64,000 nt of DNA from Clostridia bacterium. GTDB taxonomy: Bacteria; Bacillota; Clostridia; Christensenellales; CAG-314. The DNA is taken from the NCBI GenBank assembly GCA_028698585.1, contig JAQVWG010000003.1:3518-67517 (forward strand). The letters run 5' to 3'. The position numbers and the translations under genes were made by a program. The notes below the pieces were generated by a model. That model worked only from the letters and a program-made list of their open reading frames with translations. It was not told where the DNA came from and searched no databases. Below, piece after piece: positions 29,006 through 37,997 of the stretch (positions are counted from its first letter, which is position 1; each line of letters begins with the position of its first letter).

Positions 29006-30037
29006 ATGGCAATAACAATAACCAATAGCATACCCAACAATATTAAACTCAAGGAAAAAGCAATTGCATTAGTAGGTGATGAGATAAGCAACAGACCACA
29101 GGTTAAGGATAATGGATCTAACGCGCATCAGTCAACAACTACCGATGTTAAAGGCGTATACAGTGAGTTGGTTAAGAAACTAGATAATGTTGAACATAAG
29201 TATTCGACAGACTATATTGAACCTGAGATAGAGTATGACCAAACACTGGGATTAGAAAAAATTGAGTATGAAATGCCGACCAGAGAGGAGGCACACATTA
29301 GGGCAGAACAGATACTTGAACCTAATTATAACAAGGACAAGGCCAAGGTCGAAAGTAATTTGAACAAGGCGCAAGTGCAGGCAGATACCCGAATATCACA
29401 GATAAGGCAGGAAACACAACAGAAGATAGATACACTTAATGACAATTTTAAGAATCAACTGGAGGACATCAAACGAAATGCGATAGATAGGGGTGTCGCA
29501 CGCTCATCTATCATTAACAGTGAACGTGATAATGCACATCAAGAGGTCGAGAGCGTAGCCGACACTTTACATTCACAGGCGGAGGGAGAGATTGTGCAGT
29601 TAGAAAAGGGCATACAAGAGGCACGACAACAGGCTCAGCAGGCGCTTGATACGTTAAAGCAGAGTTATGACAGCGAAGTAGTCAATCAGATAACAGAGAT
29701 TCTACAACAGGCAATTAAGGACAAAGTCAATGCAATCAAGTACAATAACACAGTAAACGAAAGGGAGACTAAATATCAAATATCTCGGCAGAATGCCATA
29801 TCAAAGGCTAATGCAGATGAACTAGACAGGCAGAATACAATCTATGATTTGATTTCCCAATATGGTGTAGATACAGTTAACAGGCGCAAATATGAGGAAA
29901 AATACCAGATTGTTAAACAGTATCTTGACACATTAAGTAAGTACGACGCGCTTAAACTATGCCAGTCGACCAGCGCCATTAAACAGCATTTAGGCCCTAG
30001 TTATAACGCCCTAATTGAGTATCTGATGAATAAATGA
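29006..30037 (+). CDS. Hypothetical coiled-coil protein
   Basis: 343 aa with AGGAGG upstream. Long Q/E/K/D-rich heptad-like stretches. Last gene of the cluster, followed by a strong terminator. Confidence 0.55.
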   Translation: MAITITNSIPNNIKLKEKAIALVGDEISNRPQVKDNGSNAHQSTTTDVKGVYSELVKKLDNVEHKYSTDYIEPEIEYDQTLGLEKIEYEMPTREEAHIRAEQILEPNYNKDKAKVESNLNKAQVQADTRISQIRQETQQKIDTLNDNFKNQLEDIKRNAIDRGVARSSIINSERDNAHQEVESVADTLHSQAEGEIVQLEKGIQEARQQAQQALDTLKQSYDSEVVNQITEILQQAIKDKVNAIKYNNTVNERETKYQISRQNAISKANADELDRQNTIYDLISQYGVDTVNRRKYEEKYQIVKQYLDTLSKYDALKLCQSTSAIKQHLGPSYNALIEYLMNK

Positions 30038-30110
30038 TACTGCTCTTACTAGTGTAGTTATATGAGCAGTGGAAATAAAGATATCGTATGCATTACATAA
30101 CTATATACGG

Positions 30111-30144
30111 ACAGTGCCTGAGAGGAAATTATCTCAGGCACTGT
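30111..30144. terminator. Bidirectional terminator hairpin (13-bp perfect stem acagtgcctgaga/tctcaggcactgt)
   Basis: Read from the sequence, between convergent genes 29006..30037 (+) and 30172..31149 (-). TAATTTAT follows on the + strand. Confidence 0.8.
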
Positions 30145-30171
30145 TAATTTATATTACTGATAAAGTGTGCG

Positions 30172-31149
30172 TTACTCAATAATTATGTTAGAAACGTCGG
30201 TCGTGGTGTCTAGTTTAATGCGTCTAGTGAAAAACTTGCGATTATCCAGTTGATAATATTCGACTAGAGCGATGCACTTGAACTGATAGAGCATATAGAC
30301 ACATGCAAGTGTGAGGATGATATTGACGATGGCTAAATTGATATTGAACAGAAGTGATACATAGTTGATGACGACAGATACAACAGTGAATGTAACCATC
30401 AACAGAACGTATTTACAAAATATGCTCCAAAAACAGTTGAGTACCTTCTGCATGCCTACTTTGAGCGCTTTTTTAATCAAATAGCCGTTATTGACATACT
30501 CTATTGGCCAGAATGAATATAGCGCCATTCTCGTCATATATACACAGATACACAGTATCAATGCCAACGGTACCGTTATTATGCCTAACGGTAGGAATAT
30601 AATCAGAGATGCTAGTGAACCAAATATGATGAATATGTCTAGCCATACTGTACTCAGTAGGTGAATCAAAGAGAACTTACATGACTCGCCGAAATGCTTG
30701 AGCAGATACCACAAAAAATGTTTCTTACTACTGGTGTCCATAAAATCCTTACAATAACTAGTTATGGGTATATACACCAGATTATTGGTAAAGCGCAACA
30801 AGAACAAGACTATCGCACCACTTAAGTATGTCAGCGCTAAACTTCCCGCTGTAAGACTGGTTTGGCTATATGCCAGTACGAAATTATCATATGCCTGTAT
30901 CAGATAATCGGCAATCTGTTGCGCGTTAATTCGCAGAGATTGTCCATCAGTCAGTAGAGTTATAACTTGATTGATTGTATACGCCAAGCCACTCTGTGTC
31001 AGTAGTATGTGTAGCTTGACAACTATAGGATAGGTCGCAAGTGCGAACACGCCCAATATGATAACGGTGATGAGCAGTTGAGTTAAGAAACTCAGCAAAA
31101 AAGCTCTAAAAGTGTTGTTTGATAATCTTATTGATTTACTTAACTTCAT
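30172..31149 (-). CDS. Polytopic membrane protein, unknown function
   Basis: 325 aa with at least 6 hydrophobic segments, 3 nt downstream of the 31153..32016 gene. Confidence 0.6.
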   Translation of the reverse strand: MKLSKSIRLSNNTFRAFLLSFLTQLLITVIILGVFALATYPIVVKLHILLTQSGLAYTINQVITLLTDGQSLRINAQQIADYLIQAYDNFVLAYSQTSLTAGSLALTYLSGAIVLFLLRFTNNLVYIPITSYCKDFMDTSSKKHFLWYLLKHFGESCKFSLIHLLSTVWLDIFIIFGSLASLIIFLPLGIITVPLALILCICVYMTRMALYSFWPIEYVNNGYLIKKALKVGMQKVLNCFWSIFCKYVLLMVTFTVVSVVINYVSLLFNINLAIVNIILTLACVYMLYQFKCIALVEYYQLDNRKFFTRRIKLDTTTDVSNIIIE

Positions 31150-31152
31150 AAT

Positions 31153-32016
31153 CTACCTATTAAATAACGAGGTCGACAAATCTCGGCGCTGTCCGTCTGT
31201 AAGCGAGATGTAGGTCTTGAGCCCAAAAATGCAGAACATCATCAACCAGAAGAGGAATAACATCGTTAGAATAATTGTGTGGTATATTGGCAGATACCAA
31301 CTATATGTAAGGAAAAGATACTTAGATATCGAAGCCACACCTATGCTGAGCATGAATCCCGCCAGTATTTTGGCATACGTGCTCCAGTATTTACCGGCAA
31401 CTAACTGTATAGAATAGCTCACGGCTATGTTGAAGTTATAGTTATCCATCAATTTACTCGGAATGGCGCAGGCAGTCATGGTGTAGGCATAGAGAATGTA
31501 GAATATGTCCACCATGAACATTACGGCAGATATTATAGTTATAGATAATCCACGCAAACCTACTTTATAGCAGGAAAACACTACTGCCGAGGTAATCAAA
31601 TTGAAACACTCGATATAAGTGGCCATAAGCAGGAAATACAGCATTACAACCAGTAATATATTGAAATTGTAGCTCGATAGACGTCTGTATCGCCGTATGC
31701 CCAGACGCATGTGTTTCTCAATCATGGGGAAAAGAACGCAACAGGCAATGAACAGAACTATCCACCCAATTACCCATATCCACCAACTGCTCGAGAAGTT
31801 GAGAAACGAGAAGTATTTATATGCGCCATTATAGTAATCTGTGCCGATAAAACCGTCTCCTTGTGTGAAAAGCATATAGAAGAAGTCAACAAATGTGTAA
31901 AAACTACGGTTGGTACAGGATAAGCCCAACAAGAACGAAGGCACTATGCATAATGGCAACAGATAAAAAAAGTTGCGAAAAAAATAACTCAATGATGAGG
32001 TGCTTTGTTGTCTCAT
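31153..32016 (-). CDS. Polytopic membrane protein, unknown function
   Basis: 287 aa with at least 6 hydrophobic segments. Forms an operon-like pair with 30172..31149. Confidence 0.6.
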   Translation of the reverse strand: MRQQSTSSLSYFFRNFFYLLPLCIVPSFLLGLSCTNRSFYTFVDFFYMLFTQGDGFIGTDYYNGAYKYFSFLNFSSSWWIWVIGWIVLFIACCVLFPMIEKHMRLGIRRYRRLSSYNFNILLVVMLYFLLMATYIECFNLITSAVVFSCYKVGLRGLSITIISAVMFMVDIFYILYAYTMTACAIPSKLMDNYNFNIAVSYSIQLVAGKYWSTYAKILAGFMLSIGVASISKYLFLTYSWYLPIYHTIILTMLFLFWLMMFCIFGLKTYISLTDGQRRDLSTSLFNR

Positions 32017-32142
32017 AAATATCCTCTCGTAGTCTATACTCTGTATCTTGACTGAATCATTATAGCCTAGTTATGATATCTTATCAAGTATTTAGCAAAA
32101 AAATAATGTACTGTCAGCGTAATTGAACAAAATGATACGAAT

Positions 32143-32169
32143 AAGGGCTGACATATATGTCGGCCCTTA
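32143..32169 (-). terminator. Stem-loop after serA (aagggctgacat / atgtcggccctt)
   Basis: 12-bp stem with one G-U pair, located 29 nt past the serA stop. Confidence 0.6.
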
Positions 32170-32197
32170 TGTAGATTATTAGTATTATGCGATGTAA

Positions 32198-33322
32198 TTA
32201 TTTAGTGAATATTCTCAGGTGGGGGATATTATCAAATAGCGCAAGGTCTACCTTGTCTTGGAAGTCGAACTTGGCAACGCCGTACTTACCGTTAGACTTA
32301 ATCATATAGTCGTGTAATTTCCAACTCTTGCCCTCTTGAGCGAACAGCTCGCCCTGTCCCTTGAATAGTACCAGCACGGCATAACCCTTAGTTGGCATAG
32401 AGATTGAGGGGAAATTGACAGAATTGACAATGTTGAGATTATCGTAGAACTCTACTATCTGTTCGCCTGCAATTGTTGCGCAGTTTTCCTCAGCCTCGGG
32501 AGTGCTTGCTCCAATGTGTGGCAATGCGATAATGTTGTCGACATTAAGTAGGCGTGAGTTAGCAAAGTCTGTTACATAACGGTTGACCTTACCACTATTG
32601 ACTGCCTCTATAATAGCGTCGTCATTAACTAATTCTCCCCTTGCAGTATTGATAATATTGACTCCGTCCTTCATCTGTGCAATTACGTCCGCATTGATAA
32701 TGCCGCGAGTTGAGGGCAGTAGGGGTAGGTGCAGGCTAATAAAATCTGCCTGTGCCAACAGCTCAGGTTGTTGAACTTGTTTAGCTTCGCTTGGTAAATC
32801 TTTATCGCCACTGACATCTCTAACTTCGGTAAAGACTACGCGCATACCTAGTGCGATAGCAGCCCTTGCTACTTTCTTGCCGATAGCGCCTAGACCGATA
32901 AGACCAAGAGTCTTGCCCATTATCTCGTTGCCAACGAACTGTGCCTTACCCTTCTCAACTTGCTCAACGACTGTCGTGTCGTCATCTCTTAATTTGGATG
33001 CCCAGTTGAATGCTGGGATAATTTTACGCCCGCATAGGAAAAGAGAACATATTGCTAATTCTTTGACTGCGTTACCGTTAGCACCGGGAGTGTTATATAC
33101 GATGACGCCTTGATCTGCGTAGGTATCGAGTGGAATATTATTGACACCAGCACCACAACGAGCAACTAGTTGTACTGATGGCGCGAGAGTATAATCGTGC
33201 ATCTTGAATGAGCGCACGAGTATGCAATCTGGGTCCTTAATGTCCTCTGCCAGTAGGTAGTTGTCGCCTAAAGCCTGTTGGGCGAGAGGGCTGATTTTGT
33301 TAAGTGTTAATACTTTTTTCAT
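32198..33322 (-). CDS. serA: D-3-phosphoglycerate dehydrogenase (2-hydroxyacid dehydrogenase family)
   Basis: NAD-binding motif GLIGLGAIGKKVA, plus ..NTARGELV.. and HIGAST. I place the start at 33322 (MKKVLTLNK, GGAG RBS) rather than the ORF-track 33352, which overlaps serC. Adjacent to serC. Confidence 0.85.
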   Translation of the reverse strand: MKKVLTLNKISPLAQQALGDNYLLAEDIKDPDCILVRSFKMHDYTLAPSVQLVARCGAGVNNIPLDTYADQGVIVYNTPGANGNAVKELAICSLFLCGRKIIPAFNWASKLRDDDTTVVEQVEKGKAQFVGNEIMGKTLGLIGLGAIGKKVARAAIALGMRVVFTEVRDVSGDKDLPSEAKQVQQPELLAQADFISLHLPLLPSTRGIINADVIAQMKDGVNIINTARGELVNDDAIIEAVNSGKVNRYVTDFANSRLLNVDNIIALPHIGASTPEAEENCATIAGEQIVEFYDNLNIVNSVNFPSISMPTKGYAVLVLFKGQGELFAQEGKSWKLHDYMIKSNGKYGVAKFDFQDKVDLALFDNIPHLRIFTK

Positions 33323-33332
33323 TATGGCTCCT

Positions 33333-34436
33333 TTACTTGTTGCAACAAGCACACTTACTGCCGTGTTCTTGTTCGAACTTCTTCATGAACTCGATTAGAT
33401 AGTCAACAGACTCAAGCGTCATAGCGTTATAAATGCTTGCACGCAGTCCGCCCACGCTCTTATGTCCCTTGACGGCAATTATGTTGGCTGCTGACGCTTC
33501 CTTGACGAACTCTGCATCTAGTTCCTCGTGGCAGGTCCTGAAGATTACGTTCATTATGCTTCTGTCTTGCTTCTTGACATTATTGCGATACATCTTACTG
33601 CTATCGATATAGTCGTATAACCTTCTTGCCTTCTCACGGTTAATCTTCTCTATTGCCTCAATGCCACCTTGCTCCTTAATCCATTCTAGCACACGTAGTA
33701 GCACATAGATAGTGAAGGTAGGGGGAGTATTGAATAGACTGTCCTTGTCGGCGTGTGTTTTCCACTTCATGATAGTAGGACATATTGGTAAAACATAGTT
33801 ATTATCTACCCATTCTTTCTTGACTATAACTACTGTCAGTCCTGCGCCGGACATATTCTTCTGTGCGCCTGCATATATCAATGCGAACTTGCTAACGTCA
33901 ACCTTGCGAGAGAGTATCTCACTGCTCATATCTGCAACAATGGGCACTCTACACTCTGGAAATGTGTTATAGCAGTTGCCTGCAATGGTACCGTTAGTGG
34001 TGATATGCACATACTTGGCATCGGGACGAATCTTGTCTGCAAAGTCAGGTATACTGGTCCACTTGTCTGCCTCTGTGCTGGCTATCTCGACTACATCGCC
34101 GTATTTCTTGGCTTCATCGTAAGATCTCTTAGCCCAGTGGCCAGAGTTGACATAGTCTGCCTTGTTGTTTACACCTAGCAGGTTGAGTGGGATTGCCTCG
34201 AACTGAAGCGTTGCGCCACCTTGTAAGAACAGAACATAATAGTCGTCGGGAATACCCATTAACTCACGTAGCAGTGCCTGTGCCTGACTGTGAATCTTCT
34301 CGTATGGTTTACCCCTATGAGACATCTCCAATGGATTCATACCCGAACCGTCAACATCCAGAAACTCTGCTTGTATTCTCTTAAGTACCTCTAAAGGTAG
34401 GGTAGATGGACCGGCAGAAAAATTGAAAACTCGCAT
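33333..34436 (-). CDS. serC: Phosphoserine aminotransferase
   Basis: 367 aa. N-terminus MRVFNFSAGPSTLPLEVL, then MSHRG..Y and GAQKN (PLP-Lys region). Confidence 0.9.
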   Translation of the reverse strand: MRVFNFSAGPSTLPLEVLKRIQAEFLDVDGSGMNPLEMSHRGKPYEKIHSQAQALLRELMGIPDDYYVLFLQGGATLQFEAIPLNLLGVNNKADYVNSGHWAKRSYDEAKKYGDVVEIASTEADKWTSIPDFADKIRPDAKYVHITTNGTIAGNCYNTFPECRVPIVADMSSEILSRKVDVSKFALIYAGAQKNMSGAGLTVVIVKKEWVDNNYVLPICPTIMKWKTHADKDSLFNTPPTFTIYVLLRVLEWIKEQGGIEAIEKINREKARRLYDYIDSSKMYRNNVKKQDRSIMNVIFRTCHEELDAEFVKEASAANIIAVKGHKSVGGLRASIYNAMTLESVDYLIEFMKKFEQEHGSKCACCNK

Positions 34437-34759
34437 TTGATACCTCCAAAAAAATGATTATTGTAAGTCAATGACTTAATCAATGGCATTATACACGAGG
34501 ACGAGTTTTTTTGCAAGGGTAAAAGGGTACTATTTTGGCCAAAATGAACAATATTACAGCATAATTATGTGCAATTAAACTATTAGAGTTATTTTGCACT
34601 TGGTACACTCAATGACCGCCATTCGCTTGCTAATAAATTGATTATAACGTATAATTATACAATAGTCTACCTGCGCAAATGATAGCGTCATAATAGTGCT
34701 ATGAATGTATCAATTATACGCAATTTGGACACAAAGCAATACATAATAAGGAAGTAATA

Positions 34760-37081
34760 ATGAAAAACAAGCAGAACCAATCAACCAATAGAGACACCAC
34801 GAATGCCGTTAATACAGTAGCTGTGAACAATCAAATTAAGGGTAACAATCACGGTGGTAGGTATAATAATAGTAATAAGCCTAATGACAATAAGTCAAGT
34901 GGTAATAAGCCCACACAGAATGCAGCTCATAACAGTCAATCGACCAACAATCAAGCTGTAGACAATAACATGGCTAAGGGCAACATACCATACGGTAAGC
35001 CCACTACTAATTCCAACAAGAGTAATACAGACAAGCTAATTGTTAACACGAGTAATGCCGATAAGCCTCGCACTGGTAAAGGTAACGTAAATACACCCAA
35101 TGCGAACAAGAGTAGCACAGGCAAGCCTAGTGTAGATAAGGGCAACAATGGATTAAAGGGTAACAAGAGCAAGGGTGGCAAGTCCGTTAATAATTTAACC
35201 ACTACTCTTGCTAGCTCTAATAACAACAACAAGGGCACTAACCAGCAACGCAATCCCGAACATAGAGCAGGGAATGATAATAATACTAACCATATCAATG
35301 CTTCGAATCCAATCAATAACTCGTCTGTTGACGATCGTTCAATCAATGTTGACAGTTCACCCAAGAAGGGCTCTAATCGGCATGTAGACACTAAAGGACG
35401 TCTCAAGATAGCATTTCTCGGCGGACTGGGCGAGATAGGCAAGAACATGATGTTGTTCGAGTACGAACAAGATATAGTCATAGTAGACTGTGGTGTATCT
35501 TTTCCAACAGGAGACATGCCAGGCGTGGACTTGGTTATCCCTGACATAACTTATCTAAAAGAGAATCAACATAAGTTGCACGGACTGCTTCTCACACACG
35601 GACATGAGGACCATATAGGCGCAGTGCCGTTTATTGTTAAGGATATAGCCAACGAGAGTAAACTAGACATATATGGCAGCAAACTGACACTGGCACTTGT
35701 GGATAATAAACTGATTGAACACAACTGCATGGACAAGGTAGAGCGTCATATAGTGGATGATTCGCAAGTAATACGCCTAGGAGTGTTCGAGATAGAGTTC
35801 TTGAGAGTAACGCACTCTGTGGCTGGCTCGCTGGCAATCGTGATTAAGACGCCCGTTGGCAAGGTTTTTCTCACCGGCGACTTCAAGATTGACCACACTC
35901 CCATACACTCTCCCCCTATGAATCTGGCGAGGATAGCTCAACTAGGTGATGAGGGGATACAATTACTGCTTTGCGACAGCACTAACGTAGAAGTAGAGGG
36001 GTACACCTTGTCGGAAAGGTGCGTCAGTCAGCAACTGGCCGAGATTTTTGCCGACAACGTAGGCAAGCGCATAATAGTCGCCACATTCTCGTCCAATGTG
36101 GACAGAGTTCAGGAAGTGTTCCAACTGGCAATTAAATATAATCGCAAGGTAGCAATATCCGGTCGCAGTATGGCCAACACTATTGAGACAGCCTCCAATG
36201 CAGGATATATGTCGTACGACAAGAGTATTATAGTGCCTAATAATCAGATTGAGAAAGTAGATGACGGCAACCTCGTCATACTTTCAACCGGTAGTCAAGG
36301 TGAACCTTTCTCTGCCCTTACACGTATGGCAAGTGGTGAGTTCAATAAGGTCAAAATAACCTCTAACGACACCATAGTCATATCTGCATCACCCATACCG
36401 GGGAACGAAAAAGATATCAATAGGGTAATCAATAACCTGTTCAGGCTAGGCGCCAACGTTATATATAACCAAATACAAGCAGTGCACGTGTCCGGACACG
36501 CTCATGTTGAGGAACTTAAACTACTGCACGCACTTGTCAAACCTAAGTTTTTTGTCCCTGTGCACGGCGAGTATAGACACCTTGTAATTCACCGCAATTT
36601 GGCAATGTCAATGGGCATGAAGGACAAGAACATACTGATTGCCGAGAACGGCGACCTAGTTGAGCTATCCAGTAAAGGCATAGCTATTAAGGGTAAGGTG
36701 CCAAGTGGTAACGTGTATATTGATGGGCTGGGTGTAGGAGATGTGGGTAGCGAGATACTGCACGATAGACTCGCCTTGAGCGAGGATGGCATAATCATAG
36801 TCGTGTGTGGCGTAGAAAACGGCACAGTAACGGCTAGACCACAAGTGTTCAGTCGTGGATGCCTATATGCAGGCAATCAACGGACGGAGCAGACCATAGA
36901 GGAAATCAAAGATATAGCAATGGGTGTGCTTGCTAATGCAGACTTGATTAAACTAGATTTACAGTCCATTAAGACAGCCATAACTAAACAGATTAGATCA
37001 TACTACCGTAAGACTTATCAGCGTTTCCCCATGGTGATAGCCATAGTTATGTCGTCGGCGCTTGACGAGAGAGAGTCATAG
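34760..37081 (+). CDS. rnj: Ribonuclease J with a roughly 213-aa low-complexity N-terminal extension
   Basis: 773 aa. AAGGAAG RBS 5 nt before the ATG at 34760. The catalytic part starts near 35400 (KIAFLGGLGEIGKNM, HGHEDHIG, beta-CASP region). Residues 1 to about 213 are N/K/S/T/G-rich. Confidence 0.9.
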   Translation: MKNKQNQSTNRDTTNAVNTVAVNNQIKGNNHGGRYNNSNKPNDNKSSGNKPTQNAAHNSQSTNNQAVDNNMAKGNIPYGKPTTNSNKSNTDKLIVNTSNADKPRTGKGNVNTPNANKSSTGKPSVDKGNNGLKGNKSKGGKSVNNLTTTLASSNNNNKGTNQQRNPEHRAGNDNNTNHINASNPINNSSVDDRSINVDSSPKKGSNRHVDTKGRLKIAFLGGLGEIGKNMMLFEYEQDIVIVDCGVSFPTGDMPGVDLVIPDITYLKENQHKLHGLLLTHGHEDHIGAVPFIVKDIANESKLDIYGSKLTLALVDNKLIEHNCMDKVERHIVDDSQVIRLGVFEIEFLRVTHSVAGSLAIVIKTPVGKVFLTGDFKIDHTPIHSPPMNLARIAQLGDEGIQLLLCDSTNVEVEGYTLSERCVSQQLAEIFADNVGKRIIVATFSSNVDRVQEVFQLAIKYNRKVAISGRSMANTIETASNAGYMSYDKSIIVPNNQIEKVDDGNLVILSTGSQGEPFSALTRMASGEFNKVKITSNDTIVISASPIPGNEKDINRVINNLFRLGANVIYNQIQAVHVSGHAHVEELKLLHALVKPKFFVPVHGEYRHLVIHRNLAMSMGMKDKNILIAENGDLVELSSKGIAIKGKVPSGNVYIDGLGVGDVGSEILHDRLALSEDGIIIVVCGVENGTVTARPQVFSRGCLYAGNQRTEQTIEEIKDIAMGVLANADLIKLDLQSIKTAITKQIRSYYRKTYQRFPMVIAIVMSSALDERES

Positions 37082-37085
37082 TTCA

Positions 37086-37688
37086 ATGGACTGCGTACAG
37101 GCATTAGCCGACCTAAGAGTATCGGCAAGACAACGCAATATCCCCATTATTCGTGAGCAATCTGCCAGACTACTCGAAAGCATTGTAAAACAATGTAAGC
37201 CTAACAGAATACTTGAGATAGGCACTGCGTACGGATACTCCACCTCCCTTATGTTACTAGCCAGTCCTAATGCACGCATTAATACCATAGATATTAGCGA
37301 TAGCAGTCAATGTATAGCTAAACAATCGTTAGACAGATACGGTTTAACAGACAGAGCCAACTTCATTTGTGGTGACAGTCAATCGATAGTGCCTATGCTG
37401 ACAGGTCAATATGACTTGATATTCATGGACGGCGCTAAGTCGCAGTATATCAGTCTACTACCTTATCTACTTGACTTACTGTGTGTGGGTGGTACACTCG
37501 TGTGCGATAATGTCAACTATATGGGATTACCACAGATTGTCGATAGTCTGCCTAATAATCATAAGCATATTACCATAGCACGCAATATGGCCAACTTTAT
37601 CAAGACTATCAAGGCAGACGTTAGACTGCTCACAGACATATATCAAGTAGAGGACGGACTGTCGGTCAGCAAGAAACTGACCGATTAA
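37086..37688 (+). CDS. Class I SAM-dependent O-methyltransferase (YrrM/TrmR-like)
   Basis: SAM-binding motif ILEIGTAYGYST and acidic FMDGAK. Start placed at the ATG 37086 just after the rnj stop (ORF-track 37062 overlaps rnj). A U32 peptidase lies downstream, as in the B. subtilis yrrMNO arrangement. Confidence 0.75.
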   Translation: MDCVQALADLRVSARQRNIPIIREQSARLLESIVKQCKPNRILEIGTAYGYSTSLMLLASPNARINTIDISDSSQCIAKQSLDRYGLTDRANFICGDSQSIVPMLTGQYDLIFMDGAKSQYISLLPYLLDLLCVGGTLVCDNVNYMGLPQIVDSLPNNHKHITIARNMANFIKTIKADVRLLTDIYQVEDGLSVSKKLTD

Positions 37689-37997
37689 GAAGATACCCAT
37701 TAATGACTGACTGTAGACATAAGGCGTGATTGCAACTAACTGATTATAGTATCAAGTACTTAAGTATAAATAGTTATTCGACTTATTATTGACTGTACAT
37801 TAAGCATGTGATAAAGGCAGTTATAGATACGCTTAACCTATATAGCGCAATCATGACATCATATTAAATGTGAATCTATGCTAATATAATCACGAACTAT
37901 GCAAGTGTATGGATAACCATTGCATTGAATGACTAACGATTAATCAACTGCACGCAGTAAGTACATTGAATGGCGATACAGCTAAGGCGATACTAAT

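Larger units (their letters stand above)
18664..30037 (+). mobile_element. Phage-derived head/packaging gene cluster (11 co-oriented ORFs) lacking integration, regulation, replication, lysis and long-tail modules
   Basis: Gene content listed below. Tight packing with overlapping stop/start codons. Housekeeping genes lie on both outer flanks of the wider island. Confidence 0.7.

Noticed and set aside
13380-32197. Attachment-site direct repeats bounding the island.
   Set aside because: I compared the left spacer (13380-13958) with the right spacers (30038-30171 and 32017-32197) by eye and found no shared segment of 12 nt or more. There is no integrase or tRNA target. A computational search would be needed to be certain.
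34951-35547. Long antisense ORFs in the six-frame track. Examples: 34951..35547, 63271..63975, 55920..56366, 56502..56810, 736..1092, 7161..7460, 7596..7991, 8307..8699, 21791..22234, 25765..26160, 41655..42056, 50744..51157, 18059..18505.
   Set aside because: Each lies fully inside, and opposite to, a gene with strong motif support. Their compositions (S/L/T/C/I-rich) are typical of shadow frames in an A/T-rich, codon-biased genome. None has an RBS.
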